The notes under the pieces: model-generated
Told to the model about the DNA's origin: nothing
Database searches by the model: none
What the model saw: the letters and a program-made list of their open reading frames with translations, nothing else
Source of the DNA: an uncultured Phycisphaerales bacterium
GTDB lineage: Bacteria > Planctomycetota > Phycisphaerae > Phycisphaerales > SM1A02
DNA: 49,285 nt
Reading direction: 5' to 3'
NCBI GenBank assembly: GCA_938084645.1
Contig: CALKEP010000040.1
Location: 1-49,285 of the forward strand
Shown here: positions 1 through 9,061 of the stretch, one piece after another
Numbering within the stretch: the stretch's first letter is position 1
Layout of the letters: the number at the start of each line of letters is the position of its first letter
Made by a program: the position numbers and the translations under genes

Positions 1-1
1 A

Positions 2-120
2 CCAACGATATATTTCTTCCATTTCTTCTGCACGTACTGTACCACATAATAGTTTACGTGCCTCTGAAATTTTGCCTGCTTTAAACAGTTCGACCATTTC
101 AAGTTTCCAGTCAGCAGTGC
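2..120 (-). other. Foreign low-GC fragment encoding part of a phage-type clamp loader (RFC/gp44-like) C-terminal region; probable chimeric contig end
   Basis: Bases 1-120 are 40% GC (48/120 counted), against ~70% immediately downstream. The minus frame from 118 reads TADWKLEMVELFKAGKISEARKLLCGTVRAEEMEEIYRW with AT-rich codons. Family assignment is from memory of marine-phage RFC-like proteins, not from a search. Confidence 0.55.
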
Positions 121-879
121 CGCTGTCCCGGCCGGCATGACGCCCGCGAGCATCGCGTCGAACGCTTCCGCGGTCCCGTTCACGGTTCCTTCAGGGCCGA
201 CCAGACGGACGAAGACCCGACGTCCGGGTGCCTCGATGATCGCGCCGATCTGGCCCTGGCCGGACCGCGGTGCCGCGGCCCCCATCGACTGGTAGCTGCC
301 GGCGGTCTGAATCCGGGTGATCTTCATGCCACCGACCTCGGTCTTCGTGATCTCGGCGTCGGCCGGATCTCCTTCGGGCGTTCGGAACTGGTTCACCCAC
401 CGATCGATGTTCATGTCGGTCGGACCACCGTCCGTGCCGTTGAACAGCGAGAAGACGATCTCCGCGGCGCCACCACCGTCCGCCACGCCGGGGACGTCGT
501 ACTGGAGGGTGCGGAACCGCATCCGGGGCCGGGACCACACCCAGGTCGGCGGCTTCGGAAAGACCAGACCGCCGACTTCGGCGATTCCCGGATCGCTGGT
601 GGCGGTGGAGACGGTCCAGCCGGGCGACGGAACCGCCGCGGCCGGCGTCGCATCGCCGCCGGGCGCCGGCGGACCGGCTTGCGGGACGCTGGGGACCGCG
701 GGGGCCGGGGTGGCCGGGGTGGCCGCCGCCGTGTTGGCGGGTTTCGTCGACGCCGGCGGCTTCGGGGCGCCGGTCGGTCCGTCACCGCAGCCGGCGAGGG
801 ATCCGGCCACCGCGGTGGCGAGGGCCATCGAGGCGAGGCCGGAGATGTTCCGAGGGAGACCGGGCATGCGGATGGTCAT
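121..879 (-). CDS. Conserved hypothetical lipoprotein (planctomycete type); 3' end replaced by the foreign segment, no stop in window
   Basis: Not in the ORF track because the frame stays open to base 1. ATG at 879. Signal peptide with lipobox SLAG-C, then a Pro/Ala linker, then ...GGPTDMNIDRWVNQF...FVRLVGPEGTV...FDAML. Confidence 0.75.
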
Positions 880-960
880 GTTCGTTCCGTTTCGAACTGG
901 TGGAGGGTGCCATGAATGGGCGGACGGTGAAGGGACCGTCCACGGTCGTACGATACCGCG

Positions 961-2556
961 ATGAAGTTCGACGCCCCACGGTCATCGGATCCACGCGACC
1001 CGGCCATCCGGCTCCGCAATGTCGTCTTCGACGGACGCCCGGTGGACATCCGGTGCGACCACGGTCGCATCACCGCGATCGAGCCCGCTGGCTCGACCGA
1101 TGCCACCGGGGAGATCCTCGAAGGCGGCGGTGGAGTCGTGCTGCCGGGATTCGTCGACACGCACCTGCACCTCGTGCTCGCCGCCGCCGCGATGGAACAG
1201 GTCGATCTCGCCCGGTGCACGAGTCGGGCCGACTTCGAGCGTCGACTCGCCGAACGGGCCGCGACGCTTCCGACCCAAGGCCCCGACGCGTGGCTCCTCG
1301 GTCACGGCTGGCTGGAGACCGACTGGGGGGGCGACCTTCCCGATCGTTCGTGGCTCGAGGCGTGCGGCGACCGGCCGGTCGTCTGCTTCAAGCACGATCA
1401 CCACGCGGTGCTGGTCAACGACGTCGTGCTCGCGATGCTCGGTGATGCCGAGGCGCCGCCGGGGGGCACCATCGTGAAGAACGCCGACAGCCGGCCGAGC
1501 GGCCTCCTGCTCGAGTCCGCCGCCTGGCAACTCGTGAACCCGATCGTCCCGAAGCCGTCGATCGAGAACCGGCGTCGCACGACGATCGCGGCGAGCCGGC
1601 ATCTCGCCTCCCTCGGAATCACGCAGGTCGGCACGATGACGTACGCGGAGGACGTCATCGACGTGCTCGACGCCATCCGCGACGAACTCGCGGTCGGGGT
1701 GGCGGTGACCATGCTCGATCGGACGCTTCCGATCGACGAACCGCTGGGCCGACTCGAGGCGCTCGAACGCGATGATCGAGTCCGACTCGTCGGCTGCAAG
1801 GCGTTCCTCGACGGCACCCTCGGCTCCCGGACCGCCGCGATGCTCGCGGACTATGCGGATCGCCCCGGTGAACGCGGGATGCTGGTCGAACTCGCCGAGC
1901 GCGGTGAACTCCTCGACTGGATCGAGTTCGTGGTGAAGCGGGGCTGGCGACCGTCCATGCACGCGATCGGCGACGCCGCGGCCAGACTCGCCCTCGACGC
2001 CTGCGATCACGCGGAACGCATCGCCCGCGAGACCGGCGTCGCACCACCGGAGATCAGGATCGAGCACTGCCAGACCGTCGACCCCGCCGACATCCCACGC
2101 TTCGCCCCCGGGAATCGACACGCGAGCATGCAGCCGACCCACATGCTCGACGACGGGATCACCGTCGAACGATCGCTCGGCCCCGAGCGCCTCGACGCGT
2201 TCTTCCCGTTTCGCGCGATCCGCGACGCGGGCGGCACGCTGTCCTTCGGAAGCGACTGGCCGATCGAGACGCCCGATCCGATCGAGGGAATCCGAGTCGC
2301 GGTCACCGGCCGGGATCGCGATGGTCGCGTGGTTCCCGGCGAACGCACCATCGACGTCGCCACCGCGATCGAGGCGTACACCACCAATCCCCGTCGCGCC
2401 CTGGGCCTGCCCTCCGTCGCGGTGCGGGTCGGCGATCCCGCCGACCTCGTGATCCTCGACCGCGATCCGCACACCGTCGACTGGATGAACGAGGTTCCGG
2501 CGGTTCGAGCCACCATCCACGCCGGCCGCGTGACGCACGATCCGGGAGTCCGATGA
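961..2556 (+). CDS. Amidohydrolase family 3 (YtcJ-like) metal-dependent hydrolase
   Basis: Motifs PGFVDTHLH, KAFLDGTLGSRTA, HAIGD, RIEH, GSDWP. Confidence 0.9.
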   Translation: MKFDAPRSSDPRDPAIRLRNVVFDGRPVDIRCDHGRITAIEPAGSTDATGEILEGGGGVVLPGFVDTHLHLVLAAAAMEQVDLARCTSRADFERRLAERAATLPTQGPDAWLLGHGWLETDWGGDLPDRSWLEACGDRPVVCFKHDHHAVLVNDVVLAMLGDAEAPPGGTIVKNADSRPSGLLLESAAWQLVNPIVPKPSIENRRRTTIAASRHLASLGITQVGTMTYAEDVIDVLDAIRDELAVGVAVTMLDRTLPIDEPLGRLEALERDDRVRLVGCKAFLDGTLGSRTAAMLADYADRPGERGMLVELAERGELLDWIEFVVKRGWRPSMHAIGDAAARLALDACDHAERIARETGVAPPEIRIEHCQTVDPADIPRFAPGNRHASMQPTHMLDDGITVERSLGPERLDAFFPFRAIRDAGGTLSFGSDWPIETPDPIEGIRVAVTGRDRDGRVVPGERTIDVATAIEAYTTNPRRALGLPSVAVRVGDPADLVILDRDPHTVDWMNEVPAVRATIHAGRVTHDPGVR

Positions 2557-2635
2557 CGCGGCGTTCCAACAGCCTGCCCGGCATGGCCCCCCAGCGCATC
2601 GACCACCCGCAAGGCGTCGAACACCGAGGCGACGC

Positions 2636-4243
2636 ATGACCACCGACACCCCGAAACTCGCCCGCGGCATCGGTCCGGTCGGCCTGCTCTTCTCCGCGAT
2701 CGGCGCGATCATCGGTAGCGGCTGGCTCTTCGCCGGCCTCTATGCCGCCGAGGCCGCGGGGCCTGCGGCGATCTTCAGCTGGGTGCTCGCCGCGGTGCTG
2801 CTCGCGATCATCGCGATGCCCTTCGCGGAGCTCGGTGCCGCCCTGCGTGCCCCGGGCGGCTGCACCAGGTACGCCCACGCCGCCTTCGGTGGATTCGCCA
2901 GCTTCATCGCCGGCTGGCTGAGCTGGCTCGGCTACGTGGTGATCCCCACCGTCGAAACGATCGCCATCCTCGAATACCTCGGCGACCCGGTCCCGTGGCT
3001 GGTCGAGGTGCAGGACGGCAATCGCTCGCTCAGCGTCGCGGGCTCGTTCGTCGCGGCTCTCCTGCTCCTCACCATGGTCGTGGTCAACCTGCTGGGCGTT
3101 CGCTGGCTGAGTCGATCCAACGGACTCCTCACCTCCTGGAAACTCGTCGTTCCCGCCCTGACCGCGGCGGTGCTGGTGGCGTACGGATTCAAGGGCGACA
3201 ACTTCACCGACCATGGCTTCGCGCCCAACGGGGTGGGCGGCGTGCTCGCGGGACTCGCCAGCGGCGGCGTCCTGTATTCGCTGCTCGGTTACCGCGTGGT
3301 CGTCGACCTCGCGGGCGAGGCGCGTCGCCCCCAGCGCGACATCCCGATCGCGATCTTCGGCGCACTGGGCATCTGCGCCCTGCTGTTCATCTTCGTGCAG
3401 GTCGCCTTCATCGGCGCCGTGCCGACCGACCAGCTCGCGCAGGGCTGGGGTGGCATCGTGAGCGTGGGCCGATCGGGCCCGTTCGCCGCGTTCGCACTCA
3501 CCCTCGGTCTCGGCTGGCTGGCCACGGTGCTGTACGTCGACGCGACGATCTCGCCCTACGGTTGCGGCCTCATCTTCACCGGTGCGAATTCCCGTCTGCT
3601 GCTCGCGATGGGAAGAAACGGCGTGCTGCCCCGAGCGGTGGGTCGGCTCTCCCGCACCGGCGTCCCGTGGGTCGCGATCCTGCTCAACTTCCTGGTCGGA
3701 CTCATCCTGCTGCTGCCGCTTCCCGCGTGGAACGAACTCAGCGCGATCGTCGCGGGAATCACCATGATCACCTCGGGCATCGGTGCGATCGCGTTTCTCC
3801 GCCTGCGTCGCACCCATCCCGAGCTCGAGCGACCGTTCCGGGTTCCCGGCGGAACGTTCGTCGGCGTCGCCGCGTTCGTCTGCTGCACCCTGGCCACCTA
3901 CTGGTGCGGGTGGCCGGTGCTCCGCACCTCGGTCATCGGCCTCGCCTTCGGCCTTGCGCTCTTCGCGACGCTCCACATCCGCCGATCCGATCCCGATCCC
4001 GCCTCGGTGCTGCGTCCTCGGGCCGCGGCCTGGATCGTCGTATGGATCGTCGGCATCGCCGTCCTCACCTGGCTGGGCGACACCAGGGTCGGTGCCGATT
4101 TCCTGCCGACACCACTCGGCGACGTCGTCGTGGTGGCGTGGGCGCTCCTGATCTGTCCGTTCGCGATCGCCAGCGGCCTCGATCGATCGACGGCGGACGC
4201 CGTGCTCGACTCGATCCACGCCGAGGTCGGCGAGACGGCCTGA
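2636..4243 (+). CDS. APC-family amino acid permease (YveA/YbeC-like)
   Basis: GAIIGSGW TM1 motif, FAELG, ~12-14 hydrophobic helices, RPFRVP near the C-terminus. Confidence 0.9.
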   Translation: MTTDTPKLARGIGPVGLLFSAIGAIIGSGWLFAGLYAAEAAGPAAIFSWVLAAVLLAIIAMPFAELGAALRAPGGCTRYAHAAFGGFASFIAGWLSWLGYVVIPTVETIAILEYLGDPVPWLVEVQDGNRSLSVAGSFVAALLLLTMVVVNLLGVRWLSRSNGLLTSWKLVVPALTAAVLVAYGFKGDNFTDHGFAPNGVGGVLAGLASGGVLYSLLGYRVVVDLAGEARRPQRDIPIAIFGALGICALLFIFVQVAFIGAVPTDQLAQGWGGIVSVGRSGPFAAFALTLGLGWLATVLYVDATISPYGCGLIFTGANSRLLLAMGRNGVLPRAVGRLSRTGVPWVAILLNFLVGLILLLPLPAWNELSAIVAGITMITSGIGAIAFLRLRRTHPELERPFRVPGGTFVGVAAFVCCTLATYWCGWPVLRTSVIGLAFGLALFATLHIRRSDPDPASVLRPRAAAWIVVWIVGIAVLTWLGDTRVGADFLPTPLGDVVVVAWALLICPFAIASGLDRSTADAVLDSIHAEVGETA

Positions 4244-4283
4244 GCCCCGACGCCGAGGCTCGCAATCCGCGATACTGCCCCGA

Positions 4284-4742
4284 ATGAGCGATCTCACCCA
4301 TCTCGACGCCGAAGGCCGCGCCCGCATGGTCGACGTCGGTCACAAGCCGCCGATGCACCGGACCGCGATCGCGACCGGCACCCTCGTCGCCGCGGCGGCG
4401 ACCCTCGATCGGCTGGTGGCCGGAGACCTGCCGAAGGGCGAGGCGCTGGCGGTGGCCCGGGTCGCGGGCATCCAGGCCGCGAAGCGCTGTGACGCCCTGA
4501 TCCCGCTCTGCCACACGCTCCCGCTCGACGCGGTGTCGATCGACTTCAACCGATCCGGCCCCGATCGACTCGACGTCATCGCGACGACCACCATCACCGC
4601 CCGGACCGGTGTGGAGATGGAGGCCCTGACCGGGGTGTCCGTGGCGTTGCTCACCCTCTGGGACATGGTCAAGGGCATCGACGCGAACCTCCGAATCGAC
4701 GACGTCCGACTGATCGAGAAGCGAAAGGAACCGGTCTCATGA
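4284..4742 (+). CDS. moaC: Cyclic pyranopterin monophosphate synthase MoaC
   Basis: Motifs LTHLD...MVDV, LIPLCH, TGVEMEAL, DMVK. Confidence 0.95.
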   Translation: MSDLTHLDAEGRARMVDVGHKPPMHRTAIATGTLVAAAATLDRLVAGDLPKGEALAVARVAGIQAAKRCDALIPLCHTLPLDAVSIDFNRSGPDRLDVIATTTITARTGVEMEALTGVSVALLTLWDMVKGIDANLRIDDVRLIEKRKEPVS

Positions 4743-5428
4743 GTGGATGGTGGATCGCGGATCTGTGGAATCAGGGGCAGGTCGTCCAGCTCGCATCGTG
4801 GATCTTCTGGGTGATCATCTCGATCTGCCTCCACGAACTCGGCCACGGCTGGGCGGCGCTCTGGGAAGGCGACGACACCCCGCGGCGAACCGGCCACATG
4901 ACCATCAACCCGATGGTGCACATGGGCGGCTACAGCATCATCGCCTTCCTGCTTCTCGGGTTCGCGTGGGGATTGATGCCCGTCAATCCGGGGAACTTCC
5001 GGCATCGACGCTGGGGCGATGCGATCGTCGCGGTGGCCGGTCCGGCGGTGAACCTGATCCTCGCCTTCATCCTGCTGACCGTCGCGGGCGTGGTCAGCGC
5101 GACCACGCTCGGCACCGAGGTGAAGCCGGAGTGGGCCCTGCGGACCTTCGAGTTCTGTTACACCGGCGGCTGGCTCAACCTCGTGCTGCTGGCGCTGAAC
5201 CTCCTGCCGATCCCCCCGCTCGACGGCTCACGGATCCTCGCGACGGTCTCGAACCCCTACCGACGTCTCCTCAACCATCCGAACGCCGGCATGTTCGGCC
5301 TCGCGTTCTTCGTGATCGTCTTCTGGATCACCCCCATCGGACGGGTCGCCTACGGCTTCATCGAGAACGCCGCATTGCTCTGGGTGGGCATCGTCCAGGG
5401 CATCATCCTGGCCGCATCGGGAAGCTGA
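4739..5428 (+). CDS. Site-2 protease family (M50) intramembrane zinc metalloprotease
   Basis: Motifs HELGH, AGP and NLLPIPPLDG; ATGA overlap with moaC. Confidence 0.9.
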   Translation: MSGWWIADLWNQGQVVQLASWIFWVIISICLHELGHGWAALWEGDDTPRRTGHMTINPMVHMGGYSIIAFLLLGFAWGLMPVNPGNFRHRRWGDAIVAVAGPAVNLILAFILLTVAGVVSATTLGTEVKPEWALRTFEFCYTGGWLNLVLLALNLLPIPPLDGSRILATVSNPYRRLLNHPNAGMFGLAFFVIVFWITPIGRVAYGFIENAALLWVGIVQGIILAASGS

Positions 5429-5468
5429 CCTCGATACGGGCTCTGAATCGCGGATTCCCCCCGCAGCG

Positions 5469-5496
5469 TTGACCCCGGGGCTGTTTCCACTACAAT
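5469..5496 (+). promoter_or_regulatory. Sigma70-type promoter of the rpsP-trmD-rplS operon
   Basis: TTGACC (5469-5474), 16-nt spacer, TACAAT (5491-5496). Confidence 0.7.
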
Positions 5497-5630
5497 CTCC
5501 GATTCGCCCCCGTGGGCCGAAGGCCGTCTCGCACGGAACCCGTCCGGGTCCCCAACGAGCCGCCCGATCTCCGAAGACCCGCATCGCGTGATGCGGGGGA
5601 GACGAGGACCACGCCAGCGAGGAATCAACA

Positions 5631-5948
5631 ATGGTTGTCTTGCGCATGAAGCGGATGGGTCGCATCCGTCGTCCGTTCTATCGCATCGGTGCGATGGACA
5701 AGCGATCCCCCCGAGACGGTCGGGTCATCGAGGCGCTCGGGTGGTTCGACCCGATCACCACCGATCCCGAAAAGACCATCAACCTGAAGGCCGGTCGCAT
5801 CCACTACTGGCTCTCGGTCGGCGCCCAGCCGAGCGAGACCGTGGCCGCCCTCCTCAAGAAGAACGGAATCGATCCGAAGCCCGGTCCGCATCACGCGGAA
5901 CTCGTGGACTCGGACAAGCCCGTTTCCATGGAGTCGGCCGCGGAGTGA
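5631..5948 (+). CDS. rpsP: 30S ribosomal protein S16
   Basis: MVVLRMKRMGR...PFYRI...RSPRDGRVIEALG...GAQPSETV; GAGGA Shine-Dalgarno upstream. Confidence 0.97.
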   Translation: MVVLRMKRMGRIRRPFYRIGAMDKRSPRDGRVIEALGWFDPITTDPEKTINLKAGRIHYWLSVGAQPSETVAALLKKNGIDPKPGPHHAELVDSDKPVSMESAAE

Positions 5949-5989
5949 TCGCTCCTCGGCCGGCGTGAAGCCTCGGCGATCGGAATTCG

Positions 5990-6793
5990 ATGCGCATCGA
6001 CGTCCTCACGCTCTTTCCCGACATGTTTCGCGAAGTCCTCGCGACCAGCATGCCCGGAAGAGCGGCGTCCAGCGGAGCCGCGGAGTACCACCTCCACGAC
6101 CTCCGGGAATGGACGACGGATCGACATCGCACCGTGGACGATCGACCGTTCGGCGGAGGCCCCGGCATGGTGATGATGTGCGAACCCCTGTGGGATGCGG
6201 TGAACGCGGTGGAGGCGTCGGAGACGTCGCCCGCCCGTCGCGTGCTCCTCACGCCCCAGGGCGAACCACTCACCCAGGCCCGGGTCGAGGAACTGGCCGC
6301 CGAATCGCGGCTGCTCCTCATCGCCGGACACTACGAGGGGATCGACGAGCGGGTGATCGAGGAACTCGATCCGCTCGAGATCTCGATCGGCGACTACGTC
6401 GTCTCCGGCGGTGAACTGCCGGCGATGGTGCTGATCGACGCCCTCGTTCGACTGCTTCCCGGGGTGCTCGGGCACGCGGATTCCGCGGCCGAGGACTCCT
6501 TCTCGACCCGGGATGAATCGGGCCGTCCGCTTCTGGACTGCCCGCACTTCACCCGGCCCCGCACCTGGCACGATCGGGAAGTCCCCGACGTGCTGCTCAG
6601 CGGCGATCACGGTGCGATCGCCGACTGGCGACGTGAACAATCGGTCGAGCGGACGCGACGGCGCCGCCCCGACCTTCTCGACCCTACACCGCGACCCCTG
6701 GACGTCGAACGATCCATGTCGCGGCAACCCGACGGCGGCGAGACCGCTCGAGGGGAACATTCGGGCGACGGCCCGGGAGATTCGGACTCATGA
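5990..6793 (+). CDS. trmD: tRNA (guanine37-N1)-methyltransferase TrmD
   Basis: Motifs TLFP, VDDRPFGGGPGM, GHYEGIDER, SIGDYVVSGGE, LLSGDH. Confidence 0.97.
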   Translation: MRIDVLTLFPDMFREVLATSMPGRAASSGAAEYHLHDLREWTTDRHRTVDDRPFGGGPGMVMMCEPLWDAVNAVEASETSPARRVLLTPQGEPLTQARVEELAAESRLLLIAGHYEGIDERVIEELDPLEISIGDYVVSGGELPAMVLIDALVRLLPGVLGHADSAAEDSFSTRDESGRPLLDCPHFTRPRTWHDREVPDVLLSGDHGAIADWRREQSVERTRRRRPDLLDPTPRPLDVERSMSRQPDGGETARGEHSGDGPGDSDS

Positions 6794-7173
6794 ACCGCAC
6801 GGAAACCATCGAATCGGCGGTCGCCGGCCAGCTCAAGGCCGACGACGCCCTCCCCAGCTTCTCGGTCGGCGACACGCTCGACGTCCACTACCTGATCGTC
6901 GAAGGCGAGAAGGAACGCGTCCAGGTCTTCCAGGGCGTCCTCATCGGCGACAAGGGCCGGGGCGTCAACCGGACCATCACCGTCCGCCGCATCGTCGCGA
7001 ACGAAGGCGTGGAGCGGATCTTCCCGCTGCACAGCCCCCGCATCGCGAAGATCGAGGTCGTCCGACACGGTGACGCTCGTCGCGCCAAGCTCTACTACCT
7101 CCGCGACCGCATCGGCAAGGCTCGCCGTCTCCGCGACCGTCGCCGCGGCCTGAAGTGGGTCAACGAGGGCTGA
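6790..7173 (+). CDS. rplS: 50S ribosomal protein L19
   Basis: Motifs EGEKERVQVFQG, GVERIFPLHSP, RRAKLYYLR. Confidence 0.97.
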   Translation: MNRTETIESAVAGQLKADDALPSFSVGDTLDVHYLIVEGEKERVQVFQGVLIGDKGRGVNRTITVRRIVANEGVERIFPLHSPRIAKIEVVRHGDARRAKLYYLRDRIGKARRLRDRRRGLKWVNEG

Positions 7174-7187
7174 GGCCCGACTCACCC

Positions 7188-7550
7188 ATGCGGGTATCAC
7201 TGAGCAAGTCGTTCCGCTTCGAAGCGGCGCACTGGCTGCCGACCTTTCCCGAAGGTCACAAGTGCCGCCGACTCCACGGGCACTCCTTTCACGTCGATGT
7301 CGTCGTGGAAGGCGAGGTGCCCGAGGAGTCGGGGTATCTCATGGACTTCGGCACCATCAAGGCGGCGATCGGCCCGGTCGAGGAGGCCCTCGACCATCGC
7401 TGCCTGAACGACGTCGAGGGCCTCGAGAATCCGACGAGCGAGATGCTCGCGAAGTGGATCTGGGACCGACTGGCCGGCGAACTCCCGTTGCTTCACGAGA
7501 TCAGGGTGCAGGAGACCTGCACCAGCTCCTGCTGCTATCGAGGCGACTGA
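7188..7550 (+). CDS. queD: 6-carboxy-5,6,7,8-tetrahydropterin synthase QueD
   Basis: Motifs FEAAH, CRRLHGHS, DFG, LDH, ENPTSE, ET; ATG at 7188. Confidence 0.92.
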   Translation: MRVSLSKSFRFEAAHWLPTFPEGHKCRRLHGHSFHVDVVVEGEVPEESGYLMDFGTIKAAIGPVEEALDHRCLNDVEGLENPTSEMLAKWIWDRLAGELPLLHEIRVQETCTSSCCYRGD

Positions 7551-7603
7551 ACGAGGCGGCGCACGCCCGACGGCCCTCGCCATCTCCTCCGGATCCTCGC
7601 GAC

Positions 7604-8311
7604 ATGCGGCTCTGCACCATCCTCGACACCGGCACCGCGCGATCCGTCGGCATCCCCGACGCGGTCTGCGATCTCATCGTTCCGCACGGCGCCCCGGTCG
7701 AAGCGGTCGCCTCGATCCTTCCCGGAAATCCCCTCGCGGAGGACTGGATCGGACTCGTCGATCTCCCGGGGGATCTCCTCGTCGCATGGAGCGGAACCCT
7801 CGCGGACGATCTCTTCGCCGACGATCCACGGACGTGGATGGGCGGCGGGCACGAGCGGTTCGAGACCTTCTGCGACGACATCCGCGACACCCTCGTCGCC
7901 GCCGGCCGGAAGCTCTGCATCCGGCCGCACGCCCGGCACGTTCTCAGCGACGCCCAGGGCACGCTCGACTTCCTCCGCCGCCGCGAAGGTGAACCCTTCG
8001 GGCTCGCCCTCTCCCCCGCCGACCTGCTTCTTCCTTCGATGCTCGCCGATGCCGACGATCACTACGCGAGGATTCTGGAGTTCATGGTTCCGAAGGCCGA
8101 TCTGCTTCTGCTCGCGGACGCCATGCCCGGAGAAGCGACGGAAGACGAGGAGGAACCGGCGATGATCCCGGTTCCACTGGGCGAGGGCGTGCTCCCCCGG
8201 TCCGCGATCATGGAGGCCGTCAACACCCGCCTCCCCGAAGGCGCGCCAGTGGTCGTGGCGCCTCGCGACCTCCCCACCGCGACGGCCTGGCGACACGGCG
8301 CCGCCCGATGA
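7604..8311 (+). CDS. Hypothetical protein, possibly a degenerate sugar-phosphate isomerase / AP-endonuclease-2 TIM-barrel relative
   Basis: ATG at 7604; coding-like sequence with WSG, RPHARHVLSD and PLGEG segments; no clear metal ligands; overlaps the tag start (ATGA). Confidence 0.6.
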   Translation: MRLCTILDTGTARSVGIPDAVCDLIVPHGAPVEAVASILPGNPLAEDWIGLVDLPGDLLVAWSGTLADDLFADDPRTWMGGGHERFETFCDDIRDTLVAAGRKLCIRPHARHVLSDAQGTLDFLRRREGEPFGLALSPADLLLPSMLADADDHYARILEFMVPKADLLLLADAMPGEATEDEEEPAMIPVPLGEGVLPRSAIMEAVNTRLPEGAPVVVAPRDLPTATAWRHGAAR

Positions 8312-8889
8312 CCGCGAGCGCGGCGATCGTGCGGTGCGACTGGTGCGGGGACGATCCGCTCTACCAGCGGTATCACGACGAGGAATGGGGCGTGCCGCAA
8401 CGGGATGGAGACGTCCTCTTCGAGAAGCTCTGTCTCGAAGGTCTGCAGTGCGGCCTGAGCTGGCTCACGATCCTGCGTCGTCGAGAGGATCTCCGTCGCG
8501 CCTTCGACGACTTCGATCCTCGACGACTCGCCCACTGGACCGATCGCGATCGTCTCGCCGTGCTCGATCGGCCCGGGGTGATCCGCCACCGCGGAAAGAT
8601 CGAGGCGATCTGCGGGAACGCGCGCGTGATGGTCGGTGCGTTCGAGGACGCCGATCGCTTCGCGGAGTTCATCTGGTCCTTCGCCCCGGAATCCGATCCG
8701 TCCCGCTCGAGGCCGAGACACACCGGCGAACTCGAGACGGAGACGCCGGCGAGCCGGCGACTCGCTCGGGAACTGCGACGTCTCGGCTTCCGATTCGTGG
8801 GACCGGTCACCGCCCACGCGTTCATGCAGGCCATGGGTCTTCGGGACGATCACCAGGCCGGCTGCCATCGGGCCGATCCGGGATCCTGA
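8308..8889 (+). CDS. tag: DNA-3-methyladenine glycosylase I
   Basis: Motifs RCDW, YHDEEWG, LFEKLCLEGLQCGLSW, GFRFVGP, DDH...C. Confidence 0.93.
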   Translation: MTASAAIVRCDWCGDDPLYQRYHDEEWGVPQRDGDVLFEKLCLEGLQCGLSWLTILRRREDLRRAFDDFDPRRLAHWTDRDRLAVLDRPGVIRHRGKIEAICGNARVMVGAFEDADRFAEFIWSFAPESDPSRSRPRHTGELETETPASRRLARELRRLGFRFVGPVTAHAFMQAMGLRDDHQAGCHRADPGS

Positions 8890-9061
8890 ACGCGATTCGA
8901 ATCGAAAGATCGCCTCCGTGGCTCCGAAGGGGTTACGATCTCGTGGTCGGCGGAGCCGATGGATCAACGTGAATGTCGGGCGGGATGACGTCCGGCGACC
9001 CCCTGGAGACCCTCTTCGGCGCCGCCGGCGTCGGGAGCCTGCAGAACGGAGGAGCGTCAGG

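Noticed and set aside
640..770. Short quasi-repeats such as ggggtggccggggtggcc
   Set aside because: They encode the Pro/Ala/Thr linker of the lipoprotein; not a DNA repeat element.
317..964. 215-aa plus-strand ORF in the track
   Set aside because: It is the antisense of the real minus-strand lipoprotein gene starting at 879.
5429..5630. Possible SRP RNA (ffs), given that ffh often lies next to rpsP
   Set aside because: The conserved domain IV core (CAGG...GGAA...AGCAG) is absent; treated as a 5' leader instead.
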